Assembly (NCBI RefSeq): GCF_037042905.1
Contig: NC_087252.1
Coordinates: 12,588,001 to 12,652,000 of the forward strand
Direction of reading: 5' to 3'
DNA from: Lytechinus pictus
Lineage: Eukaryota
Length of the DNA stretch: 64,000 nt
Part shown: piece by piece, positions 50,264 to 60,902 of the stretch
Layout of the letters: the number at the start of each line of letters is the position of its first letter
How positions within the stretch are numbered: the first letter of the stretch is position 1
Notes under the pieces: generated by a model
The model's database searches: none
Seen by the model: only the letters and a program-made list of their open reading frames with translations
What the model was told of the DNA's origin: nothing
Made by a program: the position numbers and the translations under genes

Positions 50264-52067
50264 CAGTGCGTCCCCCAAAAAACTATACACTTTTGAAATG
50301 GCCGCCAAATAAAAAAAAATAGCACCTTCGGGAAAAACACTTACATCATATGGAAGCCAATTATGTCAACTTTAAAATGACACCAAAAAGTTGGAAAACT
50401 ACTTTTGCTTGAGCGAGCACTGCCCACTGAAACAAGGCGTATGAAACCTAGGGTGGGCTGGAATTAGCCTTCCAATTTATGTCAGTTTTTGAGGGCATTT
50501 TTAAGGGCATTGTGATAAATCAATGATCAACCGTGACCACTTTTGGTTGTTTAAGCAGATTTCATAAATTATTGAATTGAACTTTAATGCATGAGTAAAC
50601 ACAAATTACACTTTTGGGGCAGCATTTCAACTTTATCATTTGGATCTCTTTTTGGGCAGCATTTCAACTTTATCATGTGGATCTCAGCAATGTGTTCATG
50701 GGGGTCGGGAGATTAGGGGGGGTAGATAGGGCTTAAGTGGAGGAAGTACGTTGGTGGAATAAGGGTCAACAGAACATTCTGCCCCGCCCCCTCCCTATTT
50801 CCCGCCCTCCTCTCCTGTTGAGAGACTGATGGCTATTGTCATGTACGCGTGAAGTCCAGAGCAGAATGTTTATTTAATGATAAATTCTGAATTGGGGCAT
50901 CAAATTTTTCCTATCAATCATTTAATCAACAATTTATCAGTAAATCAACTCATTCAATGTGCAATGTGATCAATCAAAGATTCAGTTTTTGTGAATAAAT
51001 TATTTCATTAATCATCATAATCAGTAAATTTTTTGGTAATCATTCAATTAAAAAAAACTGACCATCAGCCACCGGTTACTTGGCAGTTAAGTTCTGAATA
51101 GGCTACAATCCAGGAAGTGAGACCGTGATAGAGAGAGAGGGGGGGGGGGGCTGGGAAATGGAGGTGGAGGGGGAGGGTACATAATATGATATTTAATTTG
51201 TAAATTGACAAAAAGAATAGGAATGCCTTTTTAACCAAGTCTTAGCATATCTCGCTCTCTTGCTTGTAACAGATATACCATCACATTACTCTGACTCTCA
51301 CGAACACACTTCTGAGGTCCACAAGATGAATATGCTACACTAAAATTACAATTCCCGTTCACTCATGCATTAAATTTCAATTTAGTAACTCATGAAATTT
51401 GCCTAAGAAACCAAAACTTATCTCACTCATTAATTTAGCTTAACACCCTTAGCTTTGCAAGTTCCAAAGTACTAACCACTCAAAAAAACTTTAGGGCTAA
51501 TTCCTGCCCAGCCTAGCTAAGCTTAGGCTCTCAGGAGGAGAGAAGCGGGGGGGGGGGTAGAGATGGAGGGAGGGGCTGCTAAATGTTCTGTTGACCTTCA
51601 TCCCACCAGCGTATACTTCACCTACTCAGGTCCTATCTTACCCCCTATTCTCCTGATTCTCATGAACGCATTGCTGAGATCCACATGATAGTCAGAAGTC
51701 AAAATGCTGCACTATAAATTGCAATTTATGATCACTCATGCATTAAATTTTAATTTGATAACGCAATAAATTTTCACAAACAACAAACTGATCACAACTG
51801 ATCATTAATTCACCAAATAACCCTCAACTTTGCAAGTACCAAACAAAAAAACCTTAAAGAAATTGGAAGGCTAATTCCGGCCCACCCTAATTTTCATACC
51901 CTTGTTTCAATGGGCAGTGCTCGCTCAAGCATGAATAGTTTTCCAACTTTTTGGTGTCATCTAAAAGTTGACTTCATTGGCTTTCCATAAATTTAAGTCT
52001 TCCCCAAAAACAATATATTTTTTATTTGGCTGCCATTTCAAAAGTGTATAGTTTTTTGGGGGACGCA

Positions 52068-52070
<3 letters not shown>
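50264..52070. mobile_element. Tc1/mariner-type long-TIR element inserted in (TA)n
   Basis: CAGTGCGTCCCCCAAAAAACTATACACTTTTGAAATGG termini; >200-bp inverted arms; TA runs on both sides. Confidence 0.9.
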
Positions 52071-52123
<53 letters not shown>

Positions 52124-52134
52124 ATATGTATGAT

Positions 52135-52803
52135 AAATTGTACATGTACAACAGCTTTGGCAACTCCTTTTTTTAAATATTTCGTGAAAGAAAGGGATGA
52201 AGAGATCAATGGAAGGCGTCGCTTAAATCAAGGTTCCCCAGAGCTATCTGATTAATATTATGTCTAAGTTCCATCAACAAGGTTTATATACTTACTAAGT
52301 AATGTTGTCATTTTTAAAAATTTGGTGTTGACGCCGCCACCGCCGTCGTCGGAAAAGCGGCGCCTAACCGGGGGGGGGGGGGGGTCACTCTCCACACGGA
52401 CTGCTACCCACCCGTGTCCGACAGCCTCGAATGTACCCTAAACGGCGTAACTACATTAACTAAATTTGCAACCCTAAACGGCGTAACCCATGAGAAAAGC
52501 CACCCTATATAAAGTGGCATGAACTGGAAAATCCCTTATTTGACACCCTAAGTGGTGTAAACATAAAAATAGATTAATGTTGTTGGCGAGTGGTTAACGC
52601 GTGCTGCCTGGTATAGAGCCAGGTGAAGGTACTAGTTATAACTGTACGGGTTATCTGCCCTTTGGAAAAATTTGTGATGCCGAAAAAGTGTCGATGCCGG
52701 AATCGATCCCGGACCCCCAGCTTTGAACGCCAGTGCCTTAACCACTAGACCACAGAGACGGGTCAGTGGCAAAGGAGGCCCCGATCCGATTGACCCTCAG
52801 ATA
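52135..52803 (-). repeat. Repeat containing a tRNA-like (Glu/Asp-like) segment; continues at ~57091-57200; paralog 58655-59000
   Basis: Minus-strand TGGTCTAGTGG (A box) and GGATCGATTCC (B box) at ~52695-52757; aligns with 58655-58915. Confidence 0.65.
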
Positions 52804-55800
52804 AGATTTAAGATTTAAGATTTTATTGATTTATTTCATTTCTTTTCTTTCCATTTTTCACATACAAGTCAAAAATACATAAATACAAATACATAAATAC
52901 AATTACAAAAATGAACATAAGTAACGACCTTATACATTTGCAAAGATTTGGTAATTATACGAACAAAATACGATACTTATATATCCTCATTTTATAAAAC
53001 TTAACATTCTTAAAAGCTTGAGTAGTATGTAAAAAAAAAAGAAAGGGGTGAAATGAAAAGAGAGACCAGCTGAGAAGCTAGGCTTGTTGGACGCTGATCT
53101 CTCGAATTCGTAAATAATGTAAATAACGTAATATAATGTAAACTTGGTAAATGATCATTCGAAATAAGGGAACATAAATAGTAGGAAAATCGCTGAACAT
53201 ATGGAAGATAAATGCATGGTCATGGTCATGGATGATATAACAAAAAACAAACAAACAAAACAAAACAAAACAAACAGAACAATGGACGGGGGACAAGAAA
53301 AACGATAAGGAAAAGACAAATAAGAAAGAGCGAGTAGGGGAAAGGGGTCGGGGGGAGGTGGGATCTGTATGATTATCAAGTAATTGAGGTTTGTTGTGAG
53401 TAGGGGGCAAGTAGTGATTTTTTAACCTTAAATTTAAATGTACCTATACTTAAGCTCTCTCTCGTATTTAGGGGAAGGGAATTCCAAAATTTGGGGGCAG
53501 TAAATATAAAAGTGTTTTGTGTAAATGCTGTACGAGTCCTTGGCAGATGATACAAATTGATTTGTCTAGTTGGGTAACGGTGAATTTCATTATTTACTCG
53601 AAATATGTTGTTAAAAATGGAGGGTAACCCTTGGTTGTTATACTGATACATAAGAATCGCAAGATTCAATCGATAAATATCGTAAATTTTTAGAGTATTG
53701 TTTGATTGGAAAAGACCGTCTGTATGATGTCTAAAATCAACCTGATTTATGATCCGCATAGCTTTTTTTTGTAAGAGTAATACTTTATTTAACATATATG
53801 TTGCACTATTTCCCCAGGCGAGTATTCCGTAATTCAAGTGGGGTAAAACTAATGTTGAATATAAAGATTTCAGAATGTTAGGGGGGAATACCCATTTGAG
53901 CTTATTTATTACACCAACATTTCTAGATATTACTTTACATATATTATTAATGTGATATTTCCATGAAAGTTTGTCATCAATGAATGTTCCTAAAAATTTT
54001 GTTGTAGTTGCCTGTTTTATTTGTATGTTATCTATTAGAATTGGATAAGGTAGTTCATTAAATGTGTTGCTAAATAGCATGAAATTAGTTTTCTCTAGAT
54101 TTAGGGATAATTTGTTGGCCTTAACCCATGTTGACACAAAGTTTAATTCGGAGTTGACTATCTGATAAAGAGTTTCTATGTTTGAGTGTGAAAGAAAAAG
54201 ATTGGTATCATCTGCATACATAATAAATGAAAATAAGTCCGAGGATCTGTTAAAGTCGTTGATATAAAGTATGAAAAGCAGCGGGCCAAGTATGGAACCC
54301 TGAGGGACACCACAATTAATATTTCTCAATTGTGACGCATGATTTTCAATGCTAACATATTGTTGGCGTTCGTGTAAATAATTACGGAACCAGTCTAACA
54401 CAATACCTCTAATACCATAATGTGACAGTTTATATAAAAGAATTTGGTGATCTATTGTGTCGAACGCTTTAGAAAAATCTAAAAACATTCCTATCGTATG
54501 GGAGCCTTTGTCAAAAGAGTTAGCTACTTTGTTGATTAGGGACAAGATAGCATGAGATGTATTATGATGTTTTCTAAAACCAAACTGACAACAAGATAGA
54601 ATTTCGTTATTATTCAAAAAGTCAATTGTACGTGAAAAAACTATCTTTTCTAATATTTTTGAAAAAGTTGATAATAATGATATGGGTCTGTAGTTTGATA
54701 TTAAAAGAGGATCACCTTTTTTAAAAATCGGTATTATCTTGGCTAATTTCATTCTATTTGGAAAAACACCAGTTCTCAAAGACAAATTACAAATATAAGT
54801 AAAAGGTTCAATAATACAAGAAATAATATTTTTCGTTATGGCATTATCAAAACCGTCATGTCCACAACTCCGTTTGCTATGTAAATTATTAACTATATCA
54901 AGAATTTCACTTCCATCCACCGGGGCAAAAAACATAGAATTTGGGTTAGGATTAGGTAAATATTCATGAAAACTTTTGTTACTGTCTGGTATCTTACTGG
55001 CTAAATTTGGGCCAATCTCTACAAAAAAGTTATTAAAGTGATCGGAAATTTCTTGTACATTATCAATAATTCTATTATCGATTTTTATCTTAGATACAGC
55101 ATTTTTCTTTTCATGTTTATTCAATACTTCATTTATAATTTTCCATGTATTTCTTGCATCTCTTTTACATTTCGTGAACTGGCAAGAAAAATAATTCTTT
55201 TTTTCTCTTCGTAATAGCCCTGTCAGTGTGTTTTTGTAATTTAAATATCTTGATTTATTATTCACAGTTGGCTTTGCTTTATGTTTCAGATAAAGATTAT
55301 TCTTCCTATTTATACATCTGAGTAAGCTAGTTGTGATCCATGGGGATCTGGGGCTTCTTTTCCTACTACGCTGATTAGATTGTCTTACCGGGAGACATTC
55401 ATTAAATAAATTAGTCAATTTATCCATAAAATCGTTAAAACAATTATTTACGTCAGTCATATTATAAATATTACCCCAGTCTAGTTCATCAAGTCTTTCT
55501 TTGAATGTGTTAATATTGCCCTCAGAAAACAATCGTGTGTATATTTTAGAAGGTTGTTGAGTCTGCTGTAAAATTTGGAAATTTGCAAATATTGGGAAGT
55601 GATCAGTGATATCAGAGATGACCACTCCAGCGTGTGGAAAAGGATGCATATTGGTAAATATGTTGTCTATTAGAGTGGAGGAGTGTTCCGAAATACGAGT
55701 TGGTTTAGATATAAGTGGAATAAATGATGACGTAAGGAATGTTCCATAGAACTCCTGAACAAAGGAATCAGAATCATATTTCAGTAGATTAGCATTAAAA

Positions 55801-57090
55801 TCACCCATTAAAAAGCAATCCTTACTCCGTAAAATTGGATTAGAAAGAATGTTTTCGAGATTTAACAAAAAATCATTATGACTGGAATTAGGAGGTCGAT
55901 ATATTATTCCAATTACAATATTTTTTCTACCGACGAATTCAATTTCTACGAAAATTGTTTCTATGGAGTCATTGACATGGTTTAAGACATTTTTTTCAGT
56001 ATAATTAAAGTCAGTTTTAATGTATAACGCAACGCCACCTCCCTGTCTGTTAGGTCTATTGTTCACTATTAAGTCATAACCTTGTAGGGAATATAATGAG
56101 TGTGGTGTATCTGAAAGCCAAGTTTCGGTTAAGCCGATCACAGAACAATTTAGATTAAGCCTATGGTCAAGAAGGTTACGTAGGCACTCGAAATTGCTAT
56201 TCATACTCCTAATGTTAGTGTGGAACATTGAAAATACAGTCTTATCTAGATTTGAAAAGTGAGAAACAAGTTGATTTTCAGTGTAGTAAGAGGAAGGGTT
56301 AACCTGTTCTTGCTCATTTTCATCAAAAGGGGCTACAAAATCCAAATTATTTGAGTTGAGAGTAGAGATCATATTATTAACAAAATCACTGTCGCGATCG
56401 TTAGAGTGGGAATGCATTAATGATTGAAAGACATTCAAGAAATCGTCATTAGTTAGGTCAGTACCAGGGGTGACATTATTTGCCATAAAGGGTAATCATT
56501 GGCCACCTAAGGGGAAAAGGATATAATAGCTGTGGGGGCTGGGAGAAAGCTTGTCAGTACGACTAAACGTATAAACAACGTAGATAAAGCAAATACAAGC
56601 ATACAATGAGTAATGACTTGAAAGGGGGAAAAACAAACAAACAAACAAAAGATCAACAAACAAACAGAAGATAATTCAAATAAACTCAAACGAGTCTCAG
56701 AAAATAAAGAATATAAGACAAAGCCGTGACCATGCATCAATCAGCGAGCAGTTGAGAAAGGATTAAATTAGAGAATGATAGAATACACCAGTTTTGTTTT
56801 TCAAGGGGAAACTATACGGTGTGTCAAAGTATATATACTCACTACGTGCGGGTGAAGGGACACCAGACAATCAAATCAAATTTAGAGACCAAAGTAAGAA
56901 TAAACGGGGGGGGGGGGGACAAAAACAGAGAGAAAAAGCGAAGATATGCATGGGGGGGGGGGCAAACTAACAAAGCATTGATATCAACTGTTTTACTTTT
57001 CAGCTCCTAGAATATATATTAACAGAAGAGATCAAATAGAACAAAAGAGATTTAAAAGGAAAAATACCGTTTAGCTCTTTTGGGTAATGT
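52804..57090 (-). mobile_element. Young CR1/L2-group (Crack/Daphne-like) LINE
   Basis: Intact ORF2; 3-prime tail of AATAAA plus (AAATCTT)n at 52804-52835; interrupts the repeat above. Confidence 0.9.
53376..56486 (-). CDS. LINE ORF2: apurinic-type endonuclease + reverse transcriptase (1036 aa)
   Basis: APE motifs NIRS, GLTETWL, GGGVALYI, IYRPP, MGDFN, TLIDNIF, TDHFPI; RT motifs NYRPISLL, QFGFR, LDFSKAFDT, GVPQGSILGPLLF, YADDT, FLG. Confidence 0.97.
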   Translation of the reverse strand: MANNVTPGTDLTNDDFLNVFQSLMHSHSNDRDSDFVNNMISTLNSNNLDFVAPFDENEQEQVNPSSYYTENQLVSHFSNLDKTVFSMFHTNIRSMNSNFECLRNLLDHRLNLNCSVIGLTETWLSDTPHSLYSLQGYDLIVNNRPNRQGGGVALYIKTDFNYTEKNVLNHVNDSIETIFVEIEFVGRKNIVIGIIYRPPNSSHNDFLLNLENILSNPILRSKDCFLMGDFNANLLKYDSDSFVQEFYGTFLTSSFIPLISKPTRISEHSSTLIDNIFTNMHPFPHAGVVISDITDHFPIFANFQILQQTQQPSKIYTRLFSEGNINTFKERLDELDWGNIYNMTDVNNCFNDFMDKLTNLFNECLPVRQSNQRSRKRSPRSPWITTSLLRCINRKNNLYLKHKAKPTVNNKSRYLNYKNTLTGLLRREKKNYFSCQFTKCKRDARNTWKIINEVLNKHEKKNAVSKIKIDNRIIDNVQEISDHFNNFFVEIGPNLASKIPDSNKSFHEYLPNPNPNSMFFAPVDGSEILDIVNNLHSKRSCGHDGFDNAITKNIISCIIEPFTYICNLSLRTGVFPNRMKLAKIIPIFKKGDPLLISNYRPISLLSTFSKILEKIVFSRTIDFLNNNEILSCCQFGFRKHHNTSHAILSLINKVANSFDKGSHTIGMFLDFSKAFDTIDHQILLYKLSHYGIRGIVLDWFRNYLHERQQYVSIENHASQLRNINCGVPQGSILGPLLFILYINDFNRSSDLFSFIMYADDTNLFLSHSNIETLYQIVNSELNFVSTWVKANKLSLNLEKTNFMLFSNTFNELPYPILIDNIQIKQATTTKFLGTFIDDKLSWKYHINNICKVISRNVGVINKLKWVFPPNILKSLYSTLVLPHLNYGILAWGNSATYMLNKVLLLQKKAMRIINQVDFRHHTDGLFQSNNTLKIYDIYRLNLAILMYQYNNQGLPSIFNNIFRVNNEIHRYPTRQINLYHLPRTRTAFTQNTFIFTAPKFWNSLPLNTRESLSIGTFKFKVKKSLLAPYSQQTSIT

Positions 57091-57223
57091 GCAGATTTTC
57101 CGACACAAAACCAATTTTAATTTCCTTTGTCAGGTATCGGAGGGTATTGAACAATGGTAAACACCCATGATCAGCTGGATCAGAGCTATTGCTTATACTT
57201 ATGTGAGAAAGTTAATTTCCAAA

Positions 57224-57272
<49 letters not shown>

Positions 57273-57484
57273 ATATTAGGGATTAGCGATAGCCCGTTGG
57301 CCTGTCTACACTGATCCCTTGAGACTGCAAATTAATAGTTGGGCATTTGGAATGGCAGGATTTTGCTTAGACTATCTTCCTAACTAGCCACGAAAAAGAG
57401 TCTTCAATAAATCATTTTCCACATCAAACCCCAACGCTTTTTTGTGCTAGTGTATATTAGTGCAAAGTATATATCAAAATGTAC

Positions 57485-57607
57485 CATTTGATGTTCGATC
57501 CCAAGTAGAATTGGCTCTTTGATTTCTACGTGTACGTGCGGTCGACGTTCAACTTCGACTTCATTGGGAGTTCTGTCCCGTTGGTCTCTGGTAGGCTGGT
57601 CATGAAC
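57485..57607 (-). CDS. Candidate internal exon (copy A1), 41 aa VHDQPTRDQRDRTPNEVEVERRPHVHVEIKEPILLGIEHQM
   Basis: ttacAG acceptor, G|GTACAT donor (weak), 123 nt, only phase 0 open; 15-nt length difference from A2. Confidence 0.5.
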
Positions 57608-57648
57608 CTGTAAACAATGGTTAACAATTTCATCTCAAATCATATTAA

Positions 57649-57959
57649 AGGTAAAAGACAGTAGTTGCAGCAATTATTTCATGAGAAAATTTTCAAAATC
57701 AAGATTAATTGTTAAAATATTGTCAAACATCTCGATCTGTATGTAAAGTTATCGATAATTCTGATGATTACTAACACAAAAAAAAACATATGTTTGACAG
57801 TGTAATAACATTGTTTCGAAAAATATTTTGCTCATTTCTCAGCAGTTAGGAATTTTCTTCGAGAGCTATTTGGCACATATTTTTTATTCATGCCTACAAA
57901 CACTTTGGTGGTTCTATTCGAACTCATTTTGAGGTCGTAACCACAACTGGTATTTACCT
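57649..57959. mobile_element. TTAA-flanked Kolobok-like MITE
   Basis: AGGTAAA termini, TTAA TSD; empty site in the paralogous intron at ~41920-41935. Confidence 0.85.
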
Positions 57960-58094
57960 TTAATTTCAAAGTTTTGACGATATTCTACCAGGATAATGAT
58001 CAACGAGCAAAAACGTTCGAAATATATTCTGACTTCTTTCAAGACGACATAGATGAACTTGTTGAAAAAATGACCAGATAATAAGCCACTTTGA

Positions 58095-58570
58095 AGACTC
58101 CTGCCCCCCCCCCCCCTCCCTTGCAGATTCGCGCGATATTTCCGAAAAGAAAAAAAAAGGTAGCGCCATAAAAGTTAATGACTTTCATTTAATCTTGCAT
58201 AACTTTTGAGACCAAATTAGCGACATACGGGTATAGCATCGCGACGTCATGTGACTTTCTACGAGACAATGTCATGCCAAAAATAGTTCATTTGTATACT
58301 CTGTGCACAAAGTCTATGGGAGAAGAAATTCAGAATAGGGTGATTATTTTTCGCTCTAATTGGTCTGCTTAAATAATTTTGGGTTTAATTTGATTGTTGA
58401 ATAGTCTGTAATAATTTCATTGAAAAAGTTGAAAAAACAAAGAAATACATACGGAATTCCAAAAACAAAGAAATCCATATTAAAGGGAAAATTGCATTGC
58501 TTTTAATAAGCAATTTTTCAAATTTTATTACTAATAAATTAATACATCTATTTTCATATTTTTTTAATCA
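58095..58570. mobile_element. Eroded relative of the piggyBac-like MITE at 61486-62193
   Basis: Shared blocks TCGCGCGATATTT, CTTGCA.AACTTTTGA.ACCAA, ACAAAGTC.ATGG, AAAAACAAAGAAAT. Confidence 0.55.
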
Positions 58571-59036
58571 GCTTGTACTTCATGTGTATATAATGTGCGT
58601 GCCAGTATAATAATCCACGAAAAGAGGTTAAAGCTCGATATATATACGAAAAATTATACATGTACAACCGCTTTGGCAACCCCTTTATTTAAATATTTTG
58701 TGAAAGAAATGGATGAAGAGAACAATGAAAGGCATAGCTTAAATCAAGTTCCCCAGAGCTATCTACCCTTTGGAAAAAAAAGGTGATGCCGAAATAAATA
58801 TCGCTGCCGGAATCGAGCCCGTGTCCTCAGCTTGGAACGCTGGTGCCTGAATCACTAGACCACGGAGACGAGTAAGTGGCAAAGGCGACCCCGATCCGAT
58901 TGACCGTCAGTAAAACATATTTTCCTTTGTCGGGTGTAGGTGGGCTTTGAACAAAGACAAGCCGCCATGCCTCAGCTGGATCAGGGCTATTGGTTATACA
59001 GTACACTAATGGGGCCAAGTTAATTTCTCTAATTAA

Positions 59037-59619
59037 AGGAGAATGAAACCCTTGAAACCAGGTGAATCCATATCAAAGAGAAAAATCAAAGAAACATATT
59101 GTTGAAAGTTTGAGGAAGATTGAATGAATAATAAGAAAGTTATGAGCATTTGAATATTGAGATCACTAGTGCCATGTAGATCCTCCCATCGGCAATGCGA
59201 CCAAGATCTGTGATATCACACACGTACAACTCCCTCATTACTTTAGTACTTATTTCACTTATATTCTCACTTTTATAGAATATATCACAAGGTGAGGTGT
59301 TCTCTTTATGATATGACAAGTACAGAGGTTTCACAACATTATATCATTGATGAATCGTTTGTCACATGATTACAATGAGCAAAAAGAGATGTTTTGGGGT
59401 ATATTTTCAGTGTCCAAATGGGAGAGTTGTACGTGTGTGACATCACAGATCTTGGTCGCATTGCCAATGGGAGGATCTCCATAGCATTAGTGATCTCGAC
59501 ATTCAAATGCTCATAACTCTTTTATTGCTAGTCCTATTTTACTCAAAGTTTTGTTGATCTTATTCTTTGATTTTTCTGCTTTCACAAAAGCTAACTTGCT
59601 CCAAGAGTTTCATTCTCCT
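59037..59619. mobile_element. TTAA-flanked Kolobok-like MITE with ~200-bp TIRs
   Basis: AGGAGAATGAAAC termini; TTAA TSD. Confidence 0.85.
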
Positions 59620-59690
59620 TTAATATGTATGTATATGTGTATATATATATATATATATACAAACAAGTAGAAATTAGTGCAGTAACTTCA

Positions 59691-59749
59691 TGCACTACAG
59701 ATCTGTTTCGTAGGAACAGCAAGAACGTTGCTCCCACTCTTCAGGTACA
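59691..59749 (-). ncRNA. Type I hammerhead ribozyme, complete core and stems
   Basis: UGUAC-CUGAAGA-GUGGGA..UCCUAC-GAAA-CAGAUCUG-UA-GUGCA; palindromic stem III; GUA cleavage triplet. Confidence 0.85.
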
Positions 59750-60702
59750 AAACTACAAATTGAAGTGATTTAGTGTCGGTTATACACTATATATGTTCCT
59801 ATATAGTCGAGCACTCTTACCTTGGTGTTTAGCACTATTCATATGTGGATTATTACGCTCCTTCTACTGTTAAGCACTCTCCAAACCACCATGGACCAGG
59901 TTAACGTCTAGTACTCTACAAAAAATATTCCAATACCACGACAACAGGATTACATGAAAAGCCTGATCGAGAAATCTGAGAAGTCCATGAATGCCATCGA
60001 CTGGAGAGCATACTTCTACCTGAACTCCAAGACAGATTGTTACTCAAAAGAAACCTATCGATTCAAAAGCAGTGGATTCCTATCTTTCGTACTCGAAACT
60101 AAGCAATTCAAGGACGAATGGCTAAAAGTACTCCAGAGCATCGAGTTTACCAAAGAAAACACAACCATTTCCAGCGGAAACTATCTCGGGACACAGAACA
60201 CATCAGGCATGCTAGGAAACTGTTCATTCCATCCGACAAAACCACCAACTTCTACACGCTTGCACTGGAAAGATATGCAAAACTACTGGAGGACAACATC
60301 ACTAAATCGTACAAGAAATCAGCCCAGGGAGCAGCACACAACACAAACCTTGAAAACAAAAGAATTGCAAAGAAACTAGATCTTGATGACAGAATTGAAA
60401 CAACAGCAGAAAATGAAGCATTCATCACATAATGGACCATAAGCCGAACTTCCGAAACAAAACTACTTACAGGCTCATCAACCCGGGAAAGAGTGAAATT
60501 GGAAAAAATAATCAAACATATATTTGACAGGATCAACAACAAAGTTCGTAACAACAATGGAAACATACATCAGACGTGATCGAGTGGTTCTAGCAAATTG
60601 ATGGCAAGAACAACCACACGTTCATAGGCTTTGATATTTGTGAGTTCTACCCGTCCATCACTGAAGACCTCCTACAAGGGGATGTACAAAATCACTTCAC
60701 TT

Positions 60703-60761
60703 TGTACCTGAAGAGTGGGAGAAGCGTTCATGCTGTTCCTACGAAACAGATCTGTAGGGCA
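60703..60761 (+). ncRNA. Type I hammerhead ribozyme (second pLTR copy; one stem I mismatch)
   Basis: Same core; 3-prime stem I strand reads GGGCA instead of GTGCA. Confidence 0.8.
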
Positions 60762-60856
60762 TGAAGTTACACTAATTAATGTCTACTTGTTTGTTTATTG
60801 CTCCTATATCGTCGATCACTCTTAGCATAGTGTTTTGCCCTATTCATATTTCGATT

Positions 60857-60899
<43 letters not shown>

Positions 60900-60902
<3 letters not shown>

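Larger units (their letters stand above)
59659..60797 (+). mobile_element. Internally deleted Penelope-like element flanked by inverted pLTR segments
   Basis: Frameshifted RT-protein fragments (YSTKNIPIP, FIPSDKTTNFY, AFIT/DHKPNF, RLINPGKSEIGK, FDICEFYPSITEDLL); 59659-59770 inverted relative to 60689-60797. Confidence 0.8.

Noticed and set aside
52695..52757. Functional tRNA genes (also 36293-36358, 40305-40375, 58805-58870)
   Set aside because: Cloverleaf incomplete; embedded in repeats, so treated as tRNA-derived heads
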